Source: an uncultured Lachnospiraceae bacterium (lineage in GTDB: Bacteria > Bacillota > Clostridia > Christensenellales > UBA1242). Taken from it: a stretch of DNA of 64,000 nucleotides. The notes under the pieces are model-generated. The model was not told where the DNA came from, ran no database searches, and saw only the letters and a list, made by a program, of their open reading frames with translations. Position numbers and translations under genes: made by a program. The first letter of the stretch is position 1; every line of letters starts with the position of its first letter. The stretch lies in contig CAYLHO010000002.1 in NCBI GenBank assembly GCA_964383665.1, forward strand, positions 2,544 through 66,543. Reading direction: 5' to 3'. This document shows, in pieces, positions 40,701-49,500 of the stretch.

Positions 40701-43460
40701 GCAGCAAACATAGCAACTGCCAATACAATTGAAAATGTTTACTACGACATTGATGCGGGGAATCCAACTGCAACAGCTGGAACCGGCAAATCCACCGATG
40801 ATCTTTCAACTCAAATAGCTTCAACGGTAACAACCATTCTTAAAGAAAAAATTAAAGATAGTGAAAATAATGAAAAAGTTAACACAGAAAAACTTAATGG
40901 TGCAAACTGGACTCAAGACTATCGCGTTAACTTTGGCTATCCATATCTTGGAATTGGGGTATACCAATCCTTCTCATACATGAAAAAGTATACTGGAGGA
41001 AATGAGGCAACAAGCGACGAAATTAACAACATTAAAAATCAAACTGAAAAAATTTATGGAAATGGAGAAGTGAAACTGATAAAGGTTGAAAATTCTCTTT
41101 CCAGAAACCCGATTATGGGAACATACTCTTGGGAGTTAACAAAGTATAGAGTTGAAACAGAAGGCTTTAAATATGACTATAATTATGTTTGGGTAGGAAT
41201 AGCATATAGAAATAATAGCTTTTATGAATATGCGTATGCAGTTGGCAATTCGGCGCCTTTCACTTGGAATTCAGTTTACACAAATAGCTCGGGCACTCTT
41301 CCTATTAATTCAAGCGAAGAATTTGAAGAACTTGGAATTAAAATCACTGTTAAATGGAACACGACATTTAACATATCTGATTTAGTTGATAAGAATACTA
41401 GAAGATACGTAGATAGTGCAACAAACACGGCTGTTCCAACCTTTACTACAAAGGACTCCAATTCTTTAATCGAAATTCCAAATGCTGGAAAACTTGCACA
41501 ACTTCAAACTTCGAATGACGATGGAAATAAATCGTACTTGAACTATGATTATCAACTTCTTTGCAATATTGATTTATCAAAGGTTGATGATTTATCTTCT
41601 TGGACGCCAATTGGGAATAACACAAATAAATTCTCGGGAACTTTTGATGGAAACAATTATGTGATTTACAATATTCCTTCAATATTAGTAACTGAAAAAT
41701 ATGCAGGCTTCTTTGGGGTTTCAGAAGGAACAATTAAAAATTGTAGTTTTATTTACAAAGCTGGAACAACGATAGAGGCAACGGATTCATCAAGTGGCAA
41801 AGAAAACCCTGCTGGGGTTGTTGGTTATAATGGTAAGTCTGGTTCAATTGATAATGTTTCAACAAGTGGAGCTCTAATTTTAGGGATTTATGCTGGTGGA
41901 ATTGTTAGTGATAATTATGGTGGAATATATAATTCCCACAACTATTCGACAATCTCTTCTGAAAAAGGAAGTGCAGGTGGAATTGCCTCTGTTAATTACG
42001 GCACAATATCTGGCTGTAACAACTATGCTAATGTTTATGGTGGCTTAGGAAATGCCGGAGGAATTGCTGGTTATCAAAAGGAAAATGCAAGTAACATTTT
42101 GTCGTGTCTTAACTATGGTGTTGTTTCGGGTCAAAATGCTGGAGGAATTGTTGGCTGCCAAAGCGGCTCGAGCGTGCTAAAGTGTCAAAACTATGGGGCA
42201 ATTGTTGGGAATAGTAGTGCTGGTGAAAGTAATGTTGGTGGAATCGTTGGACTTTATCAAAAAACTTTAGAAGAATTATCTTATCTCAGTTGGCCGGCGA
42301 AACAACCTAATGGTGGACCATATGTGTATAAAATATCACAAGATCTTATCGATGCAGATGGTGTTACGCTTTTTAAATTGGAAATTATGATTCAGGATAA
42401 AGCTATATTAAGCTCAACTGGGAACAAATTTGTTGCTAAAAAATTTGAGTATAAGGGATCATCAGGAAATAAAGAGGGAATGATAATTGACAATGAAGGA
42501 AATAACTATAAGTTCTACTTTACGTGGAAATCTTACAAGACGGCTGAAGGAGATTGGGGATATTTCTATGGTAACTATTCATATAATTTAGCAATATATC
42601 GCATTGGTACGCAAACCAGCGTCAGGGATTCTTTCAACTCAGGAGAAATCACTGGAACTTACGCAGGTGGCATAGTTGGCAGATTGCAAGGACACGCTGC
42701 AATTGAAAATTGCAAAAATCAAGGAAAAATCAGCAGTACTTCTTTTGCCGGAGGAATTGTTGGTGGAACAAACCCAGGAGGGAACGCAAATCTAGGGAAG
42801 ATTTTAAATTGTTCAAGCATAACATCGGAAAGCGAAACGCAAATTTCTGGCGCGTTTAGTGCTAATATTGGAAATGATATTGCATTTATAAGCAACTGTT
42901 ACGGAATAGGCAAGGTCTCTAACGTAGTGGATGACGGCAGAAACGGAGATTCTTCAACAGACCAAAGTGGAGTAACAAACAAATCAAATAATTATAAATG
43001 GACAAGTTCAACGAGCAAGCCAACATTAAATAATGGCAAATATTATGTTTACACTGCTCAAGAACTTGCTTGGATTGCCGCGCAGGGAACGATATGTTAT
43101 GATAGAGTTGAAATTATGAACGATATCAATCTTGCAGGCAAAGTTTGGGACATTACAATGGTAACCAGCAAAACTTATAGATATGATAAAGCGCTTAGTT
43201 ACAACACTTCATGGGTAGTAAACGATTTTGACAAACAGATAAAGATAACAAACATTGATAACAAAACTGGAAAACTTAGAATAACAGTTGGAACAGAGTC
43301 TACTACGACAAGCGACTTTATTGGATATGGAGTTGGGTATACTGTTGGTGGCTACACCATAACGCTTAATGGCACTACTGGATTTACAGTTAGAACTGGA
43401 ACTGTTAACCAAAACAATTACAAAATTTTTAACAGTAATGGAGCTAAAATTTACCAATAA
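25779..43460 (+). CDS. Giant surface lipoprotein (5,893 aa): Ig-like segments alternating with GLUG-like repeat modules
   Basis: A single uninterrupted ORF. RBS is GGAGG at 25770-25774. Leader is MKKFLGIVCSLVLVIVAGLTFTAC with Cys24. N-terminal Big_2-like units are present (TVLTITALRRGTARIVATS...). There are dozens of repeats such as VGGIAAVNEGTIRNTNF, AGGIAALNSGIITNCDV, FGGIAVTNNGTIYNCEV and VSGFVYNNESSGIVERC. There is no LPXTG or other C-terminal anchor. Confidence 0.9.
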   Translation: MKKFLGIVCSLVLVIVAGLTFTACGKGVAEITISSSETEIDLVIGTDEQSKDVEFFVDNFGNGSGQVNFSVEENEKGVVSFETSYKGNGKTVLTITALRRGTARIVATSLQGSKKVVLTVRVTQPITGLDLKNEYVNKLYVIRGEELILSQDEIWKYTPSETNQTELEFSIIGNSQGCEIVDGKLVVGENCLLSSVTIKAVSAHNAEISEEFEVKILKPIEVIMQIDGKRVVDNVTSETTQILNFLEIFPRELDGSIYPNSKEVLLIVSAGTENETLNIKKIFSSEEEKFSVEQTAYSYSSATKLHIYKFLIQANSTEAGKIDSVVFDVSYDGFKAGNSDYSVNSVKLNINSYNKPLSVEVNGESGTTEVDVFENSVDFSNGKMIELSILPGNVKLSENNIIIWAEDFANLPISLYKLNATRTGYVCVFGFDQKGNPVGANEHGIRYASITSGTKLYAFINSNYNSILGTNKTAKIYAQASGFCNFTANSTARALTTINFVINPNAKNISLAEKDEEGVLTKVDSTTIFVEIGKEVEKYIAIDPNSFTIGSNSIIKIANGRIATIGNLVEFAVDKDYVYGKFTIQANKVGSSTITVILSDGKTKDFNLVVVSPLEKIEMDLEDVTFGGNVVESDVVPYKNITDVEVSVGETSPFIALNKLSIANSGGSGIQLVKTLTPSTAQYYLTYQFKDFTIPEGETLKTLTLDKVKELYGDDFDNIWGETSDILNTSRLSNLSILEAKNSGAQGNVLIKIAVFAMNSDGEYGTEPVGYFYYLVNFFIPVKGLTLTNGTLELYTYNTIGDKFVDKNGISKSISEFSVTVNPVNQGLTPTYLNSLEIYVNGASRLTNAIFEERDNVVYLSKGGQLVSGLEGAALKVTRIKDGNTFTFKVQAYNGAGNYIFALVLSEVNESKRFTAISRIVVSDAVEITDIDIVNASENDPIHFNNIIQSSGEEEAIKNPFELELISNIYGPAGKEITNSSLEFEIYWDKLSEKDYFINENGEKVQFATISEGKLTIKRGAYDFSEYFEKSEEEREELNKEDFKKFVQFGGEGYLKIYPTSNYYLSTNGWNGERPVVEIPVSVSDGKTISFYILSNEDFLLLGQFPTSSFELRANVNVPSDYVPVEEFSGTLTGGESRAFSIGAWCPLFKKITTTGVVENFYYMFESEEENTNEMLECVSVENETTYFGGLANINEGTIRNIGGTLEVSDGLNLNVSLTTLVNKRKGTLSNDILFLPVFKTGDQLNRNTTFDSVSQLIGGELVKYTGGLVGLNRGLIEEEKENVHYCAAVYGANVGGIAAVNEGTIRNTNFYGVAYGIETAGGIAALNSGIITNCDVLTMSLFNIGVYIASEKAYSYSETPIEFAVGGVAAKSNGGVILNCKVEASSDERFNPDIFESLIDVSKIDKEVYCTVNGKPFGTGKYSSSFNINNKTFEIERKKYTIDDLTNPTKITYTQNGETVEIAVVDNKFMLGNAEFVISGDKVVGSANFVSRTIYAGGLVGILEGTGKIQESIFSGSLAVKQVASGGFVGKLVGDGHSSTTHVENCYAIVAYDESDLNLGISNGQFIGVGDLSEIKNSYISSNGTFGNAGQGTGNVVFSYFKRSSNEISKFLELSNIYAQNSSFSGDYSAIDLDYGLTLEDYLKISWADLYQNGQINYTVDTTGENAEIFGTITMSGLESDPTSTFNFSFSLDKMQNNEVEPVKFTYKNIEYDITIIDNSSYHCLRIEANGESSVDFTNDSFSTTWSNINFNKNLNNVVSESYDFRISDFVSSIAHATNSAYLPLNFNVEIAGEGYDRQIQPSVLDIVYAKIYFVWIYNNFDEIVSNEALSSLLGAGEESLTTEQYLCRIFGIDESLGRDEIKQQIGNIITTVVLSQLNSGFADLKTDIAGLKQNVTNLRPQIVNLINTISPSAAAIYDQQLAEIEVLIEKGIALTSLSEITLENISSFKLQLDYISGALNKFANLVMNTPIDGSEAIDEEIYTLCDGAFVKIFYASTINMNIGNFAHALTIVDLSFANSDMPTLLEGFKTAGWDIENINEESNSVWIYEDGKLPTLRNKELAKRISSFEVGVKENNDSWRSYVNAGKTSLVLFNYSVLGELTGNQQAILNNLNTISLESIFEFTNINGTDETASSNLFVIQSSNKSVVQIVGGKIHVVGTGEATLTITPLHKEFGLLNKVEKEITIYVINPLGKTEVFQGVSAKTDPINGQEISIYKNELNYITIATKTSISLGNQQFNFVTNAMGYEIKLKDNDIKALFGINGLNAGADADKFAEGTLTVKPNENVDTTKKYEFIVKALLQKENQKFNNVLYLKTFINEVNEILSQVESDADFEAGILIKAEKVLISVKDAEIDPSSMVSVDFELQTTNTDDKLIIVIRDENNNVIWVSEDVTIDGLKYYKDNNSNLFEINPTIGEYSSGRKNGTVLISIDESKRSNVVKTSTYTVTFSDSSLEKSSQLTLKLKPQEILNVTYVHNNRTEDSTENGMKLQAEPSSVLMPGDCGLLTIGLYPTYSNFKRIVLTSQIVDGQNYILLEQMYNSGEYYIPVSLTTGYSSVRDGNVLTINKPSDPSLLSSGNIYVRTKMLDTVSEGIYFPINITIICEDENGNEYVSKSETITLLSETIDGAQITVNGGKDATLTRGNTFPIKVSVNQNQSLATVTPVNFKNGESKYDFVSTYFNTAEYEIVDGRKVYSGTITIGLDAEIEDDGVFKLQTVVNKVINGKYETAIDSVEIRVVDFLVEGIKIKGNADDDNVFNTPAAIEKELEFEFVLSKTPEAIESDQEKSIARINNAKEEFVKSVSLKQYFNENQQFAINTDRNFVVNGEHEGDKTVPSHLSNTNSSLAYDLFFTSDMTQYINNLTGEVQESKYFNIKYNGDKNGNSMSSTMLKITGKSVGSVGMTIKIGYRVPGLDYDQYVLYNFVINVQIYSDEDKPTPIENGEQFVEYLSAGEAQYSSTNFILMNNIVLENFVPFERTNFSSLDGNNKVITIKNFSIENGTSVNLGLFTNVGSDATIKNLVVNYGQLSNIVLPSNVRNFNFGGIAVTNNGTIYNCEVVSLDLENNSPSSNGGIKVVFGEEGKSKADNVSSNIAGLVVTNNSSITNSRVGAKTFHRQKDSLTNKYVSKLDQFKQISYENDNVITTLYNYGEFNIVGQGNMSGFAINNSGVISASYFANGKIVNETASGALSETAGFVISNSLGGTIFGSFVEGIKLDTDVSVNITGGGIVAQGICAGFAYQNFGSISDCYTNIRLAGESTGRIVSGFVYNNESSGIVERCLSASTIVGQLTTQMPFSGKNARDEIMQKSDEGLNNCYYLVKKQDTESVLEEKYKTGAIALQISTLQSGSFYGFALTTENNGNDGVWSWDGILPQLVSANQKAISVRRVIENYSSLVSSGVSSENLNVYPYISGYEYGTKNNPIIIRSADEFNRVFGQETALIKNAYYAISQFYNKNLGIVFGSYRLVASIDFDKLTYVENVKISSSIMDLAKNSSNSGSFDGNALTISNIEISLDNQNSVGLFSKITSGGVFKNVNLTVKSIATGNSGIYAGAVAGYVSNSSLANITVQPVNETGETRSKISGQNIVGGVVGAVVGNSTVSNLTSSISVISGNAQAKTGIDDYILNVLRNSATVINGVVSDKNKDYSFAGGVVGILDIYDDINDQSVVTSTPNAKQLTFIGSDVSVQGSVVGGVVGYNGASTYLVDCAFILEGNEETLNQRLITYANILGGIVGVNKGDLYELRIEHSSEVQKAIEDNLQNYYNNSNEVFRGNTKLFNSTGTSSADGIYAGGLVGKMLGGELTVAYSRVDVSLQNAVYVGGAIGYVGSKLDLIEVYAFGDVDGINAGGLIGRADANVSFERCVAMNFISKTNLNFVAALNAANEFNAQGEEGGQWQLSVDKTTISNGDVTYSVRISDGKVVEIQIKNLMPLIAENGSYESSLTDEVYANEEITYMNMKLTFKKDKGLLGLSLDGGLSSYRGYELDSSVINKMFLGAGWDASLWELKDGRILPSFSYGVSAKTIYIEKPTDLLKLKKYYRGDNIIIFGDDPTTSFNPYEFVDGDKSTYGTFTLNELQGLTVDKETQTITFDISVIKSLVSVGDNGTFFRRFLGVMYGEFGRTPDSNGLTWTYKIIKIENPLFDTVKGGSISDLTFDNRELGTTITTPVLANTIESRADLNNLSFENIKISTSNPKQIGENEYAIGIVAARMSDVLSISNVKIQKCEIQIKDLGSKKLSVGAIAGKNVVENATSKFNGVKVSELITNSNLTLSDGLNVGGFFGETSGTFEFKESQVTDSTFNVGLTSAGSFDGAQVIFVGGFVGNAQGNNTVHKLTDDAQLTSDLTISVEEAATTYAGLLFGRVGGLIYTDNSSVTFSGTIQNAGQNEEDKKSTTLVVGGAAGLAGGAEIAGMNAKLTATGLKTKSFTTNGSTVISSFGSLFGMLTGNTGIKKTKYFENISITGGEDSSENNQNAFAAGGLIGVVNGGMGNNVTIENSGYYGELTVDYSAKTLYVGGLVGFSNSNIAFSGVEFAKTEDKCGKISIKNIGQNVYVGGIIGFSAEKNTTTTIENSIATGEIVFPETKSGKAETTGSAETKAVNVGLLAGSIRNGKISNNKVGGNISFNDKADEWNIIAGGLVGSLNNGTVSGNYAWGNITLMNASGMLSKPLTAGGLVGTTGASGESANMPKFSSNYSLTSLYITKTAEMANTNIGALVGTGAISNDSKDNYYCHQINLATDTYGTNLYYKRGSSILSKLGSLLNSLGDDLKGEGSKLNPIRYQNGNLEEGTYYYLGSNVTLSSPTSDPSTGVVSSVSDLKGHLVGDGYKIIVSVTPFGTIHKSGAVSGVSFVTTSQVVARSAGRVQPNDFREPSGIAETNYGVIFAVVVEARGYATSSYYGDVVCAFNSGIAWHNYGLIADSGVIYNVKSVYAGISQENSGVVRNSYTTGAVHHGATYALVKGSSGIIMNCYTALDAANIATANTIENVYYDIDAGNPTATAGTGKSTDDLSTQIASTVTTILKEKIKDSENNEKVNTEKLNGANWTQDYRVNFGYPYLGIGVYQSFSYMKKYTGGNEATSDEINNIKNQTEKIYGNGEVKLIKVENSLSRNPIMGTYSWELTKYRVETEGFKYDYNYVWVGIAYRNNSFYEYAYAVGNSAPFTWNSVYTNSSGTLPINSSEEFEELGIKITVKWNTTFNISDLVDKNTRRYVDSATNTAVPTFTTKDSNSLIEIPNAGKLAQLQTSNDDGNKSYLNYDYQLLCNIDLSKVDDLSSWTPIGNNTNKFSGTFDGNNYVIYNIPSILVTEKYAGFFGVSEGTIKNCSFIYKAGTTIEATDSSSGKENPAGVVGYNGKSGSIDNVSTSGALILGIYAGGIVSDNYGGIYNSHNYSTISSEKGSAGGIASVNYGTISGCNNYANVYGGLGNAGGIAGYQKENASNILSCLNYGVVSGQNAGGIVGCQSGSSVLKCQNYGAIVGNSSAGESNVGGIVGLYQKTLEELSYLSWPAKQPNGGPYVYKISQDLIDADGVTLFKLEIMIQDKAILSSTGNKFVAKKFEYKGSSGNKEGMIIDNEGNNYKFYFTWKSYKTAEGDWGYFYGNYSYNLAIYRIGTQTSVRDSFNSGEITGTYAGGIVGRLQGHAAIENCKNQGKISSTSFAGGIVGGTNPGGNANLGKILNCSSITSESETQISGAFSANIGNDIAFISNCYGIGKVSNVVDDGRNGDSSTDQSGVTNKSNNYKWTSSTSKPTLNNGKYYVYTAQELAWIAAQGTICYDRVEIMNDINLAGKVWDITMVTSKTYRYDKALSYNTSWVVNDFDKQIKITNIDNKTGKLRITVGTESTTTSDFIGYGVGYTVGGYTITLNGTTGFTVRTGTVNQNNYKIFNSNGAKIYQ

Positions 43461-43500
43461 GAAAATTTAACCACTCACGAAAAATTTAAGGGGAAAAAGA

Positions 43501-46500
43501 ATGAAGAAAAGAATTTTTAGTTTATTAGTTTTAATTCTTGTTGCGGTTTGCGGCGGCGTTTTTGCCGCCTGCACCCAATCTGGAGGCGAAAATGTTTCAA
43601 TTAAGGCTGTCAGCGGGCTTGACAGTCAGATTTCGCAAGAAAAAATTGATTCAATTTCGAATGAAATCTTGCTTTCGGAGGACGAGAAGGGGTTGCTTTC
43701 AAGCGGCTTTGGTTACAACAATTCGGTTAAGGACGGAAACACTGTTTCGCTTGTTGTTGGAAGCGAAACAAACGGTTCGCGCGAATTGATTTTTGAAATT
43801 GAAAATTATGTTGACGGCATGAGCGACAAGATTTTTGTTTCAAGCGATTCAACTTGTGTTCAAATTTCTGAAATTGAAAGTGCAGGGAAGGGCAGACAAA
43901 AGTTTACTATAACTGCTTCCTCTGCGGGCACAGCCGAAATTGTTATTAAAACCGGGCAATATTCGAAAACAACGAAAATTGTTGTTAAGGCAATTGAAAA
44001 GCTTTCTTCATTCGGCGTTAAAACCAACGCAACAATTTTCCTTGAACGCGGAAAGGAACTTGAGATTTCCCCTGAAAAATTCCTCAATTTCTTCCCAAGC
44101 GATTCAAATTTGAAAGAAGTTGAATTTTACGACGGCAAAACACTTTTAACAAAAGACGGAAAAACAATTCTTTCAACAAATCCAAGTGAATCGGCAACCG
44201 GAGTTATTTCGGAAAACAAAGAGTTGACTGTTAAATCTTTAAGATTGACAGGAAGCGGAAGTGTTCAAACAATTTCAGTTGTTATTGTTGATTCTCTTGA
44301 AAACCTATCCATGAAAAAGCTTGTTTATTCAAACAACTTAAAGACGTTCCCAGAATTTGAGAATGGGAAAACAATAACAGTTATTCGAAACGTTTCTCTT
44401 GGCGAAATTAACTATGGAGTTAGAGAACTTTATGTTCTTGTTGACTGCGCAGAGGAAGACCTTGAAATTGTTGCAACTGCAAAAGGAACCGACCTTTTGG
44501 TTACATATTCCGACAAGGAAAGGATAACTTCTCAAAATCTTTTGACATCAAAGTTTGGAAACCTTATTGATTCCCCTCAAGGAGAGTTTTCAACTTGGGT
44601 TTTCAAATTTGAGCTTAAGTATGAAGGAATTTCAAATTACGAACTTGAATTTGGGTTTAAAACTGGTTCATATAACTATTCAAACGTTTTAAACGCAAAT
44701 GTTGAATTCAAAAGTGCGTCGAACCTTGTTAATTTTGCTAAAGCGGGGGAAAGCGAGGACTTTTCGAACACCTACACAATTTATGACAACTACATTGGAA
44801 CATTTGGAACGAGATTTGTTGTTTCAACAAACACAAGCGATGAATTTTCGAAAGCGGAAATATCACTTTTAATTTCGGGCGAAAATGCGCTTGGATTTAA
44901 AGTTTACGATGTTGTTGGAGAGGAAAAGGTTGGAGTTGCTGCGCTTGGCGTAACAAAAATTTCTCTTAAGAGCGGCGAAAACTTTTTCATAAAGGCAAAC
45001 GAGGGGCAAGTTGGAACATTCAAATTGACTGCTCGTGTTGCATATGTTTTTGAGGGAGTTGAATTTGTAACCGAAAAGGAAATAACCCTTAAAGCGGTTA
45101 ATTCCCCATCAAATTTCTTCTTTAACAAGGAAAACGGAGAGGAAATTTCGGATTATGTTTTCGATCTTAACACAAGCGGGAAAATTATTTCTGGGATTAA
45201 GCAAACAGAAACTTATGCTGAAAGGAATTCGTTAACTCTTCAAATTAATGGATATGTTGGAAGCGGGGCGCTTACGGGTGCAATTTCAGATTTCTCAATT
45301 GTTTCCGCTTCTCCAATTTTGCAAGTTACAAAGGACGGTTCAAGAATAACGCTTCTTGCAACGGGAACTGGAACGGGAAGTTTCAAGATTTTAACCGGAA
45401 ACGGAATTTCAAGAACTTTCAATTTCACGATTATTCAAAGCATAAGCGATGCAAAAGTTTTTGTTCCAACTCCAGAGCAAAACACAAATGTTATTTCAAT
45501 CCTTTCGAACTATAACTTTGACTCAACAATTTACGACCAATATGCAATTGTTAAGAAAAACACATTAATTCCTCTTGTTGTTTCGGCAACTGGCGAAGTT
45601 GTTACTGTAACTGCTGAAGGAGATGGAATTTCTTATTCAAACGGAAGAATAACCTGCGAAACAGAATTTAATAAAAATGAACTTGTTGTTTCGTTAACAT
45701 ACAAATATGTTGAAGATGATGTTATTGTGACTCAAGCGGTTGTTGTTCAAAAAATATTGATTTCCTCAATTGTTGAAATTGAAAACTTTAACATTTCAAC
45801 AAGTTATGGCTCGTCAATTTTCAGTTTGTATGATTACTCAACCGTTGGCTACTATTCGCGAAATCTTGCAATGGCAACTTTGCAAATTAACATTCTTCCA
45901 AACGAAATTCGAGAAGAAATTTTCAAAACAATCAAATTTTCATCGAATATAGATGCGAAATCTGAAATTGACACCGAAGACCAATATACGTTGGTAACAG
46001 ATGTTTTCACGTTTACATTCTACAGAACAGGTGCAAGCGCGGGAACAGGAACATTGATTTGCGAAGTTAAGGATTCAAGCTTGCTTAACGAAAACGGCGG
46101 CTTGAAAGCCGGGAAAGTCACACTTCTTGCAAGCATCGATCGTTCGTTTGACATGTCGGAAGGCGGGAATTTTGTTAAATTTATTCAATTTGACGTTAAA
46201 AGCGCGAAAAAGGTTGAAGTTATAAGCAGTCAAACAAAATCTATTGAACTCGATTCTTTCATAACTGAACGTAAAATTGAAGTTTCAACCTATCCTCTTG
46301 GGGCAACAAACAGCATGCTTTCATATGTGTTTATTCCAAAAACTTCCGGACTTAAAGAAGGCGATGTTGAAATTGTTAAACTCTCTGACGGAATTCATGT
46401 TAGATTGACCGATAAAAACGTTTCGGGAGAGGGGGCTATTCGAATTATTGCTTTCGATAGTTTCACTTCTGCAAGCGATTACACAAATTATCTTGACATT

Positions 46501-49500
46501 CCAGTTGTTATTTCAAACGGAAGTCAGCAATTCCCATATTACATTAACTTTGAAAGTGATGTTAGGAAAATGGTTGAAACCGGATTTGAAAAATATTACA
46601 TCATTTCGGGAGAAATTGACCTTAAAGATGTTCAATGGGAAAGTTCAAAATATGTTCTTTCCGGAGGAATAACTGGAATTAACAATGCAAAATTAAAAAA
46701 TATTAACGTAACAAACATTCTTTGGGAAGACTCAAGCAAACAATATTTTGGCGGATTGTTCACCGAAATTGGCGGAGAGGCATTCATAAGGAACTTGGCA
46801 TTTGAATTTGAAAGCGTTAACTTCGAAATTTCAAGCGCCAACGATTTGGATCGTGCTCCATCATATAATGGTTTCCTTGGAACAATTGCAGGGAAAAACA
46901 ATGGAACTCTTGAAAATGTTTCGGTTGTTGGGAACATCAATGTTTTAATAAGCGGCGGCTACACTCTTAGCGTTGGTGGGCTATTTGGAGAAAACTTGAG
47001 ATCAATTTTAACTTCGGTAACAAGTTCTTCAAGAAACACAACACTTTTCACAGGGAAAATAACAGTTGTTGATGCATCAATCAGCGCGGGTGTTTCTCAC
47101 ACGCTTTATGTTGGAGGAGTTGCCGGGCGTAACTCGGGCGGAAGAATTGAACGAATTGTTGAAAGCGGACTTGTTGAATTTAACAATGCTTTTGCAACAA
47201 CAAATGTTTCAATTGTTTCAAAATATGAACTTGAAAGTTTTGTTCCAGACACTGAAAACGTTGAAGGCTTTGGAGCAATTGCAGGGTTTAACAGATATCA
47301 AAGTTCGGCTATTGTTGAAGAACAACAGGGAATTTTCAACGTTTCTGTGATTGGCGAAATTTTTGCCGAAAAGTTTAACAATGTTGGCGGAATTGTTGGA
47401 AGAAATGATTGCCAAGTTGTTGGAGCTCGCTCTCAAGTTTATGTCCGCGGAATGAATAACGTTGGCGGCGGCGCAGGGTATAACAATGGAACGCTCACTT
47501 CAATTATTGTTGAAAGCACATATAAAACTAGCCGCAACAACGAGGCGCAAGCGGCGCTTGTTGTTGGAGCTAACAATGTTGGCGGAATTGTTGGACTTAT
47601 GGACGGAGGAAAACTTGAAAGTTCATCGTTCATATCATACATAAGCACAACTCAACCTCTTGTCGACTTGATTTCAAGCGGAAATTATGGACGAGTTGTT
47701 GCCGCGCAAGTTAGAGACGAGGAAGGAAACCTTAAAGGAATTGTTAACTTTGTTGTTGCAATTGCAAATGTTAAAATTCAATCAATGGCAACTGTTGTTG
47801 AAACAGAACTTGAATCGGCAAACTACGCAATCTTTAACCGCGGAAATGCATCTGAAAAAGCAGAGTTGTTTAAAGGGGCGGGTTCAAAACTTGAAGATGA
47901 GAACGTTGTTGGAAAAACAAAAACTGAACTTAAAGGAACTGAAGGTTTTGAATTCATTTTCATTCCAACAGATGAAATTGGGCTTAAATTAACAGAAAGC
48001 ACTGAAAAATTTGAAATGGGAACAACTTCTGGCGGAAATGTTGCATTTTACTTATATTATTACGGGAACTTGAACAGCGAAGTTGCTTCTAAAAACACTT
48101 TAAACCTTTCAGCACTTTTAACAAGTGAGATTGGAAGCAGATTCCAAGTTTCTTCAAGTGACCCATCAATTATTGAAGTTTCAACATTGGGGCAACTTGT
48201 TGTTAAGAAAACGGGTTATGTCGTTTTAACCGCAACAAGCGAATATGTTGACGAGGGGAAGGATCAACAAATTTATATAAAGGTTATTAATTATACTAAC
48301 AATTTATCTATATATCTTGATTCAAACAAGGCAAATGAAATTAAAAACGATGAAAACGGAAAAATTGTTTTTGACGCAACGGAAAGTAAACTTATTTATG
48401 TAAGTTTCTTGGATAAATTTAACATTTATAATTTAACAAATCCTTCCGACATCAAAATTTTCTTAAAAGTTAAAAACCTTGAAACAGGAAATGAAGAAAT
48501 TGTTAAGCCAGATGACGACCGAAAAGATGGAATTGTTTTCCGTGTTATTAAAATAAGTTCCGATTCATATCAAATTGCAGTTTATGGTGAAATTGGGAAC
48601 TATGGAATTGAGGTTGTTCCATATGTTGAATTTGTTGGCAACGATGGAAAAACTTATGTAAGTTCAACAATTGCGCACGAACTTATTAACGAATTGGACG
48701 CTGAATTTGGACTTAACGAAACTGTTAAAACAAACTTTGAATTTAAGAACACAACAAAATCAATTAACGTTTCAAAAGATATTATTATAACCGAGCCATA
48801 CTATGAAAAATCAATTGATGTTATTGTTAATTCAATCAACGAAAATGAAACAATAACAATTTCGGCAATTCAAGTTGATAAAAACGGAAATGAAATCAAC
48901 AAAAACCTTTTGGCTCTTGATTTAAAAGTTGTTTATGGAGGGGTTGAAACAACCGGCTTCCCACAAATTCAACTTGAAATGAATTGTAAAACAAATAATA
49001 AATTTGGAATTTCTGTTAAAGTTAATGAAGAAAAGATGATTTTTGAGGGGACTCAATATTTCATAATTAAAATCGTAAGCTCGAATGGAAAAGAAGCAAA
49101 CATGAAACTTGAAATTCAACCTCAAAGTTTGATTTCAATTTCAACAACACTTTACCCAATAATTTCACAAGACGAGTTGAAATATAACTTCAAAGGAAAT
49201 TTCTCATATATTCCAAGTGGAGTTATCATACCTGGACAAAATTCACTTATTGAACTTTCGTTAACTCCAGAGTTTACCTATTTTAAAACAATTGAAATTG
49301 TTAACAAATCCTCAAATGAATATAATCTTGTTTTTGATTTGTTCAACAGATCAAGTGGGGTTGTTTCGGGCGCTAAATCAATTGAGAACGGAATATCAAT
49401 TGATCGAGAGCTTATTAATGGCGGGAGTTTTGCTTTAAGGACCTTTGCCGATCAACGACTTTCCGACAATTCAAATGTTTCAATTTATATTATTCTTAAA